The notes beneath the pieces were generated by a model. It had not been told where the DNA came from and searched no databases. It worked only from the letters and a program-made list of their open reading frames with translations. 64,000 bases of DNA from an uncultured Phycisphaeraceae bacterium (GTDB lineage: Bacteria; Planctomycetota; Phycisphaerae; UBA1845). Shown here piece by piece: positions 51,037 through 59,477 of this stretch (its first letter is position 1; each line of letters opens with the position of its first letter). The stretch is from contig CAZBUJ010000017.1 in assembly GCA_964495075.1 (NCBI GenBank), positions 1,762 to 65,761 of the forward strand, read 5' to 3'. The translations under genes were made by a program, and so were the position numbers.

Positions 51037-53517
51037 TCATGGCGCGTCGGAGAGAACCAGCTTGCGACTCTCGAACGGAGTCGGGTAGGCGGTCAGCCAG
51101 GCTTCCGGTCTCACGTCGTTCTTGCCGTCTTTGGTGATGAGTACGACCACCTCAATGGTCCGGCCCGTCAGCCCGCGAGACAGCGGGAAGTAGTACGTGT
51201 AGTCGCCGTCCCTTTCGACGTTGTGATACTCCCACGTGTTGCTGGGATACGATACGGCTCGATCGGGGGCGCCGACCGGTTTCCCATCGACTCGAATCGC
51301 CGCGTAGGCGCCCTCGTTGCCGTGGCGGCCGTTGATCGCTATGGCGAGCGTCGCGTTGGGCGGTATCGCCTCCGCAACGAAGGAAAGCGTCCAGGCGGCG
51401 GTGGCCTTTTTCTTGGTGTACGAGTCGAGCAGATTCGACGCTCGCCACGCGGATCGGTCGATCGCGCGTCCGCGGTAATACGCCTCGATCTCGGCCAGTC
51501 TCCGCGGCGGTCCGGCGATCCGGAGGTAGCGCACCGGATGTTCGGAGGGCACCTTGATTACCGCGATCGTCCCCTCGCCCGCCCAGGACGGAGCCAGGGC
51601 TGTCCAGGTGCGAAGATCGGCCGACACCTCCGCGGTCGCGTCCTCGGCGAACCGGTGCAGCGCCGGGTTGAGATCAGGCTCCTCGCGATCGCGGATGCGC
51701 AGGACCACACGATCCACGCGCACCACCTCGCCGAAGTCGACCCGCAGTGGCCGGTTCTCCACTCTCGCCACGAAATGCGTGCCCAGATCGCCGTCGAACA
51801 AATTGCGATCCCAGGTACCGCGGTTGATGAACATTTTCTGTGCGAAGAAGGCTTCGCGGGCCGCCTGGACCTGCGGGACGCGACTCGGTCCGGAACGGGC
51901 GACGCAGCGCACTTCCAGGGCGTTGCTGTCTGCGGCAAAGCACGTCGCCTCGTACAACGCCTCGGCATCCTCCGGCACCGAACACGGTTTGAGATCCCCG
52001 ATCTTGCGGTGCCACGGCTTGATCAACGGCGCTCCGCCAAAAGAGACCTTCACCTCGCGCCCCTCGATCCACGCGGCATTCGGGGCGCCGTCGAGCTCAG
52101 CCCGTTTGAAACGTCGCTTCCCGGATGCCAGCCGCACCGACGCCTCGGTCCCCGGCATCCCCAGCAGCTTCACGATGACGGGCTTGCCGGGCACGTCGCG
52201 CACAACCTCGTAGTCGCACCCCTCGACCCCGACGTCGCCGATAACGGTCTTCGTAGCAAGCAGAAGGCACGTGCGGAAGGGCTGCACGGCCACCTCGACG
52301 GAAGCTCCACCGGCGAACCGGCCGATGATGCGTTCGGACGGATGCAGCCGCCGGAGCTCGATCGTATCTCCCCCCACCAGCCCGATCGAGTTATCGAGTT
52401 GGACCACGTACGTTACGGGATGCCATGTCAGGTTGCGAAGGGTAACGAACCGCATCTCGCCGTTGCCACGTGAAACGGCGTGCGGGCCGTACTGCTCCTC
52501 CGGCAGCAGGATGGCGGAGGTCAGAACCTCCCGGTGGCGCCGTTGCAGATTGAACAGGCGGGCCAGCTTGGGAAACTCATCGTCGCGCAAGAACCACGGA
52601 TTACCGTAAATCTGCGGGGAGATGATGAGCGCGCGGTTGAACGCCTGGAGCACCAGCTCGTCTTCCCAGTAGTCGAGGCAGGATGAAAAGCAGACGCCGT
52701 GATCCTCCATGAGCCGGTTCAGGCCCGGCGTCACTCCGCGGGCGAGCGCCCCGGCCCGGTGGTGGGGTGCCGTGCCGGTGTTGTACATGAACACGTCGAT
52801 GTAGGTTTCGGCTCCTTCCCAGAGCGAGGTGGTTACAAACGGTTCGGCCTTCCCCAGCGCGACGCGCTCGTTCAGCACGATCAGGTCGGGGCAGTGAGCC
52901 CGACAGGCCTGCAGGGCGTGGATGAGCGCATCCTGCTTTTCCGGGCGTAATCCGCCGGCCACGGCGTCGAGCTTGAAGAGAAGGAAGTTGTACTCACGGC
53001 AGAACGCGACCAGCATGTCGGTGCGCTGCCGCTCTTCGGCCGGCGTGTCGCCGAAGCCGTCCGGACCGAGCCAGATCCCCAGCCGGCAGCCGAACGAGGC
53101 GGCCTTCTCGACCAACGGCGCGAAACCGTGCGGGAACTGCGCTTTGAATTCCTCCGACGCCATCGTGCCGTAGTGCGCCGGAATGAGACGCCCCACGCCC
53201 GCCGTGTACGGCCCGTCGTCGATGTTCCCGACGTCCAGCGAGTAGATGTCGAGCCGCATGCCGTATTCGTCGTGCAACCACTTGAAGAACTCGAGATTGG
53301 TGAGCGTGTGTCGCTCGGTGGTGCCCTCGTACTGGCTGTTGATCCAGTCGAAGTAGTGGGATCGCGATGGCGTACTCTGGCCGGGGCCCGCCACACGGGC
53401 GTCGGGCGTTTGCCCGACGGCGCCAGGCAATGCCGGGAGAAGCAAACACCAGGCGAGAAGCGGCAGGTGCGTGGGCGGCGCAAGACGCGGGCCCGATTCC
53501 AACGGTGACGACGGCAT
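51037..53517 (-). CDS. Secreted protein of unknown function, glycoside-hydrolase-like, with an F5/8-like module
   Basis: AGGAG RBS + signal peptide. LDIYSLDVG, LGIWLGP, LFKLDAV (clan-D-like pattern). NLFDGD..LRVDFGE..VRYLRI..LAEIE. Confidence 0.6.
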   Translation of the reverse strand: MPSSPLESGPRLAPPTHLPLLAWCLLLPALPGAVGQTPDARVAGPGQSTPSRSHYFDWINSQYEGTTERHTLTNLEFFKWLHDEYGMRLDIYSLDVGNIDDGPYTAGVGRLIPAHYGTMASEEFKAQFPHGFAPLVEKAASFGCRLGIWLGPDGFGDTPAEERQRTDMLVAFCREYNFLLFKLDAVAGGLRPEKQDALIHALQACRAHCPDLIVLNERVALGKAEPFVTTSLWEGAETYIDVFMYNTGTAPHHRAGALARGVTPGLNRLMEDHGVCFSSCLDYWEDELVLQAFNRALIISPQIYGNPWFLRDDEFPKLARLFNLQRRHREVLTSAILLPEEQYGPHAVSRGNGEMRFVTLRNLTWHPVTYVVQLDNSIGLVGGDTIELRRLHPSERIIGRFAGGASVEVAVQPFRTCLLLATKTVIGDVGVEGCDYEVVRDVPGKPVIVKLLGMPGTEASVRLASGKRRFKRAELDGAPNAAWIEGREVKVSFGGAPLIKPWHRKIGDLKPCSVPEDAEALYEATCFAADSNALEVRCVARSGPSRVPQVQAAREAFFAQKMFINRGTWDRNLFDGDLGTHFVARVENRPLRVDFGEVVRVDRVVLRIRDREEPDLNPALHRFAEDATAEVSADLRTWTALAPSWAGEGTIAVIKVPSEHPVRYLRIAGPPRRLAEIEAYYRGRAIDRSAWRASNLLDSYTKKKATAAWTLSFVAEAIPPNATLAIAINGRHGNEGAYAAIRVDGKPVGAPDRAVSYPSNTWEYHNVERDGDYTYYFPLSRGLTGRTIEVVVLITKDGKNDVRPEAWLTAYPTPFESRKLVLSDAP

Positions 53518-53598
53518 GACGATTTCTCCTGGAGCGCGCGTCACGAGCCCGCGCCATGGCGCGTCGGATACTCGAGGAACGGCGGTGCTCGCCCCGGC

Positions 53599-54294
53599 CT
53601 AATTCGACATCGTCGCGACCGTCACCGCGGGGATGCCGCAGGCGAGCATGAGCGCGGCCTGCATGGCCTGTATGGCGTCGGCCGTGGCCTTGCCGATCAA
53701 GTCACCGTTGGCCAGTTGCTCGATCCGCTTCTTGCGTTTCTTGAGTTCCTTCTTGTCGAAGGGGATGCGGAGCAGGCCGGCGCTGTTGGCCAACGAGGTG
53801 AGGATCGTCGTTCGTGGATCGACCCGCGGGCTGTCTCCGAATATGGCCTTGCGCAACCGCTCGATCAGCGCCCGTTCGGGTTGCGGGTTGATCTCAGGAT
53901 AGATCGTGCGGCTGAAGATGAGAAGCACCTTGCCCTCGTCGGCGCGGAGGATGCCGCGTTCACACAGCCCCTCGGCGACGCGGTGCTGGATCCTCTTGAC
54001 GGAGGCGAAACGCTGCACCCAGGTTTGCGGGGTGGCGCGGCGCTTCGCGGCGGCCATCTTGCCCAGGCACTCATCGATGACCGGCTCCCCCATCGGCTGG
54101 TCGCTGATTAGGTTGACCAGGTTCTTCTTGCCTTCCTCGACGGTGATCCGTCCGGCCAGCAGCAGTTCGGCGAGAATCGCCCCACCGAGGGCATACCCGT
54201 GCATCGATCCGAACTCGACCGTTCCCGCCTCGTCGCGGAGGGCAAGCAGCATGATCTCTTCGTGCAGGTAGAGGGGTGTTTTGGCACCGGGCAC
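53599..54294 (-). CDS. GPP34 / GOLPH3-Vps74 family protein
   Basis: LHEEIMLLALRDEAG, ALGGAILAELLLAGRI, LCERGIL, PRTTILTSL. GTG start with AAGGAG RBS. Confidence 0.85.
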   Translation of the reverse strand: MPGAKTPLYLHEEIMLLALRDEAGTVEFGSMHGYALGGAILAELLLAGRITVEEGKKNLVNLISDQPMGEPVIDECLGKMAAAKRRATPQTWVQRFASVKRIQHRVAEGLCERGILRADEGKVLLIFSRTIYPEINPQPERALIERLRKAIFGDSPRVDPRTTILTSLANSAGLLRIPFDKKELKKRKKRIEQLANGDLIGKATADAIQAMQAALMLACGIPAVTVATMSN

Positions 54295-54537
54295 GGCCTG
54301 GGTCTCCTTGACGGCTCCAGCAACGCGCGGCGCGGCTCTCGAACCGAAAAGTAACGCCCCATTCGTGGGCGACCCCATCATAGGGCCCGGCAGCCCGTGG
54401 CACAAGGCCGCATCGGTTGAGGTCGGTTCAGGGCGAAGAACAAACATGCAGTTGAGCAGATCGGCGGAGGACAACCCGTCTGCTCGTGCTCGGCTTGACG
54501 ATGAATCGATACGGCGCCAGGTTGCTGTGTACAAGCG

Positions 54538-55977
54538 TCAGAGCGCGGGCGAGCGGACCACCAGCATCTTCTCGATCTGCATATCGTGCATTGTGTAGGG
54601 GATCCCGCCGATCCCAAGACCCGACTCCCGCAGCCCCGCAAACGGCATCCAGTCGACCCGGAACGCCGTGTGGTCGTTCACCATGACCGCCGACGCATCA
54701 AGACGGTCAAACGCTGTCATGGCGGTGTCGATGTCGCGCGTGAACACGGCGGCCTGAAACGCAAAAGGAACGTCGTTGGCACGCGCGATGGCATCGTCCA
54801 GCGAATCACAGCCATAAACGCATACGACCGGGCCGAACACTTCCTGCCGGCTCACCTTCGCGTCGACGGGCGGGTCATACAGGACGGTCGGGGCATACGT
54901 CGACGGCGAGAGTACCTCGGCGCCGCACAGCGCCTCGGCTCCGCCGGATACGGCCTCGCGGACCCAATTCTCCACCCGATCCACCTCCGCGTGCCGGATC
55001 AACGGCCCGACGTCCGTGTCGCGGTGGGTCGGATCGCCCACCCGCAGACCGCGAGCCCGCGCCGCCAGCCGCTCGGCAAGGTCGCGGGCGATGGCCCGGT
55101 CGGCCAGCACCCGTTGCACCGACACGCAAACCTGCCCCGCGTGATAGAAACCCCCTTTGGTCAGCAGGTCGAGGGCCGCGTCCACGTCGGCGTCAGCGGC
55201 AACGATCGCCGGGGCGACGCCGCCGTGTTCGAGCGCACATCGGGTCCCGGGCGCCAGCCGGGAGCGGAGCATCCAGCCGATCTCCGCGCTGCCGATGAAA
55301 GTCAGGAACGCCACCCGCGGATCCGTGGCCAGTTGGGTCGCGACGGCCCGGTCGGGCGCGGCGAATGCCTGGCACCACTCCGCGCCGAGCCCCGCCTCGC
55401 GCAGGATCTCGACGAACCGCATGCACGACAGCGGCGTGTCCGTCGCCGGCTTCACGATCACCGGACAGCCGACCGCGACGGCCGGGGCGACCTGGTGTAC
55501 GATCAGGTTCAACGGGTGATTGAACGCGCTGATCGCGACGACAACGCCGATGGGCTCGTGCCGGGTGAACGCGAGGCGATGCGCCGACGCGGCGTTGCGA
55601 TTCATTGGAACTTCCATGCCGGCCTGCCGACGTACGGTCTCGACGCAGATGTTCATACAGTCGATGGCGCGGGCCACCTCAACTTCGGAGTCGACCAGCG
55701 GCTTGCCGCCCTCGCGGGCGGCCTCCACAGCAAGGTGCTCGGCCCGCTCGCCCATGATCGCCGCAGCCCGCTTGAGGATGCCGATGCGATGCTCCGCGTC
55801 GAGCCAGCGCGAGCGATCGCGAAACAGCGCGTCGGCGGCGACCAGCGCACGATCCGCGGCCGCGGCGTCGGCCGTGTCGAGTGTGGCGATGGGCGCGCCG
55901 TCGTAAGGGGCCGTGACGTCCAGGCGGGCATCGCCAGCGCCGCCCCCGGCAATCAGCAATGGATAATGATCGACCAT
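54538..55977 (-). CDS. NAD(P)-dependent aldehyde dehydrogenase
   Basis: EPIGVV..AFNHP, KPA, FIGS, LEHGG, GQVCVS, EVFGP, MPFAG.RESG.G. Confidence 0.92.
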   Translation of the reverse strand: MVDHYPLLIAGGGAGDARLDVTAPYDGAPIATLDTADAAAADRALVAADALFRDRSRWLDAEHRIGILKRAAAIMGERAEHLAVEAAREGGKPLVDSEVEVARAIDCMNICVETVRRQAGMEVPMNRNAASAHRLAFTRHEPIGVVVAISAFNHPLNLIVHQVAPAVAVGCPVIVKPATDTPLSCMRFVEILREAGLGAEWCQAFAAPDRAVATQLATDPRVAFLTFIGSAEIGWMLRSRLAPGTRCALEHGGVAPAIVAADADVDAALDLLTKGGFYHAGQVCVSVQRVLADRAIARDLAERLAARARGLRVGDPTHRDTDVGPLIRHAEVDRVENWVREAVSGGAEALCGAEVLSPSTYAPTVLYDPPVDAKVSRQEVFGPVVCVYGCDSLDDAIARANDVPFAFQAAVFTRDIDTAMTAFDRLDASAVMVNDHTAFRVDWMPFAGLRESGLGIGGIPYTMHDMQIEKMLVVRSPAL

Positions 55978-56622
55978 CTCGAATCTCCCCATAGGGCTGT
56001 GCGGTTACGGATTCACTCGAACTCATCGCGTCGTTTGGCACGCCGGTGGTTCTCGCCGTCGTGGGCGGACTGATCGCGACTGGCTGGACGCGGTGATCGG
56101 CCCGCCTGCACGGACGAGTCGACAGCCCCCCTTATGATACTCGATGATCGCGCCAAGATCGATGAACGATCAGCGCGATAGAGACCTTGCGAGCAGGCGG
56201 CGTCCTCGGCTGCCCTCACCGCTCAGCTTCTACACGGTAGGGAACAGGCGCGAATGTGGTACGAAGCGAGTGCTGCGGACCAAGGGCCGCCACCGTTCCG
56301 AAAACAGCGACGAGCAGGTTCGTATCGAGCCCGCGGGACTGGCGGGGGCGTTCGTCAAGGACATCTCCCTGCCGGTCACCGACAAGCGAGTGGGCGGCGA
56401 GACCCGGCGCCCGATCACCGCATTCGGTTGCCATGCCACCTTGGAAGACATCATCCAGGTCAATGACGATGCGGCTGCGGAGGGCGTTCTCGACCTGAAG
56501 TAGGAGGGCGAGGGGAGGGTCGGTGGCCGTCCGAGCTTCAAGACCGTGCGCAACCTGCCCTGCGGTGTCTGGCGGACGCTGACGCGCATCGAGACGCACA
56601 CGTGGCACGCTGGCTGTCCCCC

Positions 56623-57264
56623 TCATCCCCCTGGGACCGAGCTCACCAGGGCGACGGCCTCGCGTACTCGTTTCGCGATTTCGCCGAAGTTGCGCTCGGT
56701 GAGCAGGCGCGGCGGGACCATCCACGTGCCGGCTACGGCCAGAACGGAATCAAGCCGCAGGTAGTCGAGCGCGTTGGTGGCGTTCACCCCGCCCGTCGGG
56801 ACGAATCGCACGTGTGGAAACGGTGGGTGCAGCGCCGCGACGGCCTGCGTCCCGCCGAGCGGCTCGGCCGGAAAGAACTTCACCACGTCGAGCCCGAGAT
56901 CCAGGGCCGCCATTATGTCGGTGGCTGTTGCAACCCCAGGGAGTAACGGCACGCCCTGATCGCGACAATACGTCCCGACCCGCGGGCTCAATCCGGGCGT
57001 CACGATGAATCGGGCGCCCGCGTCGGTGACGTGTGCCGCCTGCTCGATGCTGAGCACGGTGCCCGCGCCCACGAGCAGTTCCGGATGCTCGGCCAGCCGG
57101 CGAATCGTCGAGATGGCGGCATCGGATCGCAACGCGACTTCCACGCACGGCAGGCCGCCGGCCAGTAAGGCGTCGGCGAGGACGTGCCCATCGTCGGCCC
57201 GAGCCGGCGTGACGACCGGCACCAAACGGTGCCGGGCAATCGCGGACAGCCAATCGTCTGGCAT
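56623..57264 (-). CDS. eda: KDPG/KHG aldolase
   Basis: GGLPCVEV, VGAGTVL, GARFIVTPG, PGVAT, KFFPAE, FVPTGGV. GAGGAG RBS. Confidence 0.92.
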   Translation of the reverse strand: MPDDWLSAIARHRLVPVVTPARADDGHVLADALLAGGLPCVEVALRSDAAISTIRRLAEHPELLVGAGTVLSIEQAAHVTDAGARFIVTPGLSPRVGTYCRDQGVPLLPGVATATDIMAALDLGLDVVKFFPAEPLGGTQAVAALHPPFPHVRFVPTGGVNATNALDYLRLDSVLAVAGTWMVPPRLLTERNFGEIAKRVREAVALVSSVPGG

Positions 57265-57928
57265 CGACGGTGGTCTCCTCGTTGGAGAGTGATCCGACGC
57301 AGCACGCCGGGAATCGACTGCGAGCGCCGCGGCGGCTCGCCCGCCTTGTTCCGGAACAAGTGACGGAAGCGACCAGGGCCCGTGTTGTCCAGCCGCCCGG
57401 TGGAACACATTGTAGGCACACCGGCCGGTCCGTCCAGATTGGTCGCAGCCATCACCACACTGCCCATCGACGGGGCATTCTGACATGATGCGGCCCGGAG
57501 GTTGGGTGCGTCATGGTGAAACCATCTGAGTCCCGCGCACCGCACTGGTACTCCCTCGGGCGCGGTTGCATCATCGATGGCTTGCCGGTCGAACGGCGCC
57601 CGATGGGCTGTACGGCCGGCACACGGCCGTCCGGAACCGATCACGCCTGATCAGCGCGATCGCGAGCGGCGTGACGGTCGTCGTGTGCGGCATGGTCCAC
57701 AGCGCGGTTCGAGGCGTCCAGTCCGGCCCACAAAAGGCAGGAAGGAGTGCCCGCGCCCCACTCTTCCTAACCCTTTTTCGGCATCGGCGAGTATACGAGA
57801 CCGCCCGCCGCGCCCGGTCAACTCGTAACGCTCTTATTTGAGGGCGTCGCAGCGTGAAGACCCAGGTCATCGGCCTGTCCGCAAGGGCGCCGTCGATTCA
57901 GCGTAGCGACGGCGGGCATCGCGACAGC

Positions 57929-57959
57929 GAAAGCCGGACGGAGGCGCGTCCGCCCGGCT
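57929..57959 (-). terminator. Terminator-like hairpin downstream of the PEP-CTERM gene
   Basis: Minus strand AGCCGGGCGGA-cgcgcc-TCCGTCCGGCT followed by a short T run. Confidence 0.45.
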
Positions 57960-57996
57960 GGGGTTGATGGGTCGATGATTGCAGCTTCAACCAGAC

Positions 57997-58839
57997 CTAG
58001 CGTCGACGACGGAAGCCGAACAGACCGGCCGCCCCGAGAAGCGCCAGCGTCGACGGTTCCGGCGTGGTCAGTGCGACAAGGCCACTTACACCCGTGTCGC
58101 CGAGATCAACGGCCGCGGCGCTCGACGGATCGATGCGGAGCAAGTGCCCAGGGGGGACCGCGGCGCTGCCAAAGGCCGCGGGACATGAGTAGAGCTCCCC
58201 GTCAGCCCCAAACTCGAGGGCCGTCAGGTTGCCGGCGTCCACCCCGTCGACCGTAACCATCCCGACCGAAGTCGCGGTGCCCGACCCGAGCGAGACGGTG
58301 AACAACTCGCCTCCTGAGCCACCGGCCGAAATCGCGTACATCTCTCCGCTGGCCGCCTCATAGGCAAGACCGCCAAACGGCGAACCCACCCCCGTCGCTC
58401 CGATCACGGAGATCGAACCGCTGCCCAGATCGATGGTCGAGAGATAGGTGGGGCCCCCGCCTCCCGTGGTCAGGCCGGCGTACAGCGTGTCACCCACGAA
58501 TTCCATCGACGTAATAACGTTCCCTTCGCCCGGGAAGGTCATCGTCAACGTGTCGGTGATCGCGCCCGTACCGGGATCGATCAGGTGCAGGAAGGTGTTG
58601 TCGCTCGTGTCTGAGCCGTAGATGGTCCCGACGCCGTCGTACTCAATCTCGGCAACCATGACCGGGTGGCCGCCGCCGATGAAGGTAGCGCTGGGCGGCA
58701 TCGCCGCATCGATGGTCCAGAGGTTTTCCCCGAGTGTATCCCATCCGTACAACGTCGTGTCGGCCTCAGCAGGCGCGCACAGCAGCAGCGTCACCGCCAA
58801 GACCCCAAGCGCAACTGCCGTCCTCCGGAGAGTAGCCAT
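57997..58839 (-). CDS. PEP-CTERM protein with a beta-propeller-like body
   Basis: GGAGG RBS, signal peptide, repeated LxxIDxxTG..LY motifs, tail TPEPSTLALLGAAGLFGFRRRR. Confidence 0.88.
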   Translation of the reverse strand: MATLRRTAVALGVLAVTLLLCAPAEADTTLYGWDTLGENLWTIDAAMPPSATFIGGGHPVMVAEIEYDGVGTIYGSDTSDNTFLHLIDPGTGAITDTLTMTFPGEGNVITSMEFVGDTLYAGLTTGGGGPTYLSTIDLGSGSISVIGATGVGSPFGGLAYEAASGEMYAISAGGSGGELFTVSLGSGTATSVGMVTVDGVDAGNLTALEFGADGELYSCPAAFGSAAVPPGHLLRIDPSSAAAVDLGDTGVSGLVALTTPEPSTLALLGAAGLFGFRRRR

Positions 58840-58970
58840 ACTCCACCTCCGAGAGAGATCAAGAAAGCCCACTTGCGTCGTAATGAAACGCCGGTTTGAT
58901 CGACCCTATCCGACCCGAAGAAAAAGAGAGAGTTTGCCCGCAAGCACGCTCTCTCCTTCCACGTACAGCA

Positions 58971-58999
58971 ACATTACCTCCCAGGCCGGGCCCGGTCAA
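58971..58999 (-). promoter_or_regulatory. Sigma70-type promoter candidate for the PEP-CTERM gene
   Basis: Minus strand TTGACC-N17-TAATGT. Confidence 0.5.
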
Positions 59000-59477
59000 T
59001 TCGTAACCGCACCACGCGGACACCACGGCGTGCGACAGGCCCGTGTTCTTCAAACCGCAAAAGCCTGTTAAGCACTGCTGTACTGGAAGGGCGATTGTAC
59101 GTGGTGTCTAAGGACCGGCGTTGGGGAAGTCGCGCCGCCACGGCGATGGTGCCTACGGGCTGTCACGAATACAAGGCGCTCCGTCTGCCGCAAGGCTACT
59201 GACCGTAGCGTCCGGTCGCTTCAACGAGCCTGGCGACGGCGCCATGGACCAGTTACGTTCAACAACACCTAACCCCGGGTGGTGCAGAGTCACTTGAATC
59301 GACGCCGTCTCGCCTTTCGCTTTCCATATGGATATAATTTCCATTCGGATACAAACTGGCCGAACCGAACGAGCACCAACGCCACCGCACGACGCCGATG
59401 CGTTCGAAGGCGATGTATCGCACCGTTGGTGGACGCACGATGGCGTTCTTGCCGTCGCACGACGATGGAGGTGTAGG

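Noticed and set aside
55995..56120. Possible remnant of an acetolactate synthase gene upstream of the ALDH
   Set aside because: Only a vague ENHR resemblance; not supportable.
56144..56503. 119-aa plus-strand ORF as a real gene
   Set aside because: Only the last ~55 codons look coding; no start signal or family match.
58880..58945. c-di-GMP-I riboswitch
   Set aside because: GGCAAAC and GACGCAA are too far apart, with no GNRA-capped P2 or matching P3. Kept only as a generic attenuator candidate.
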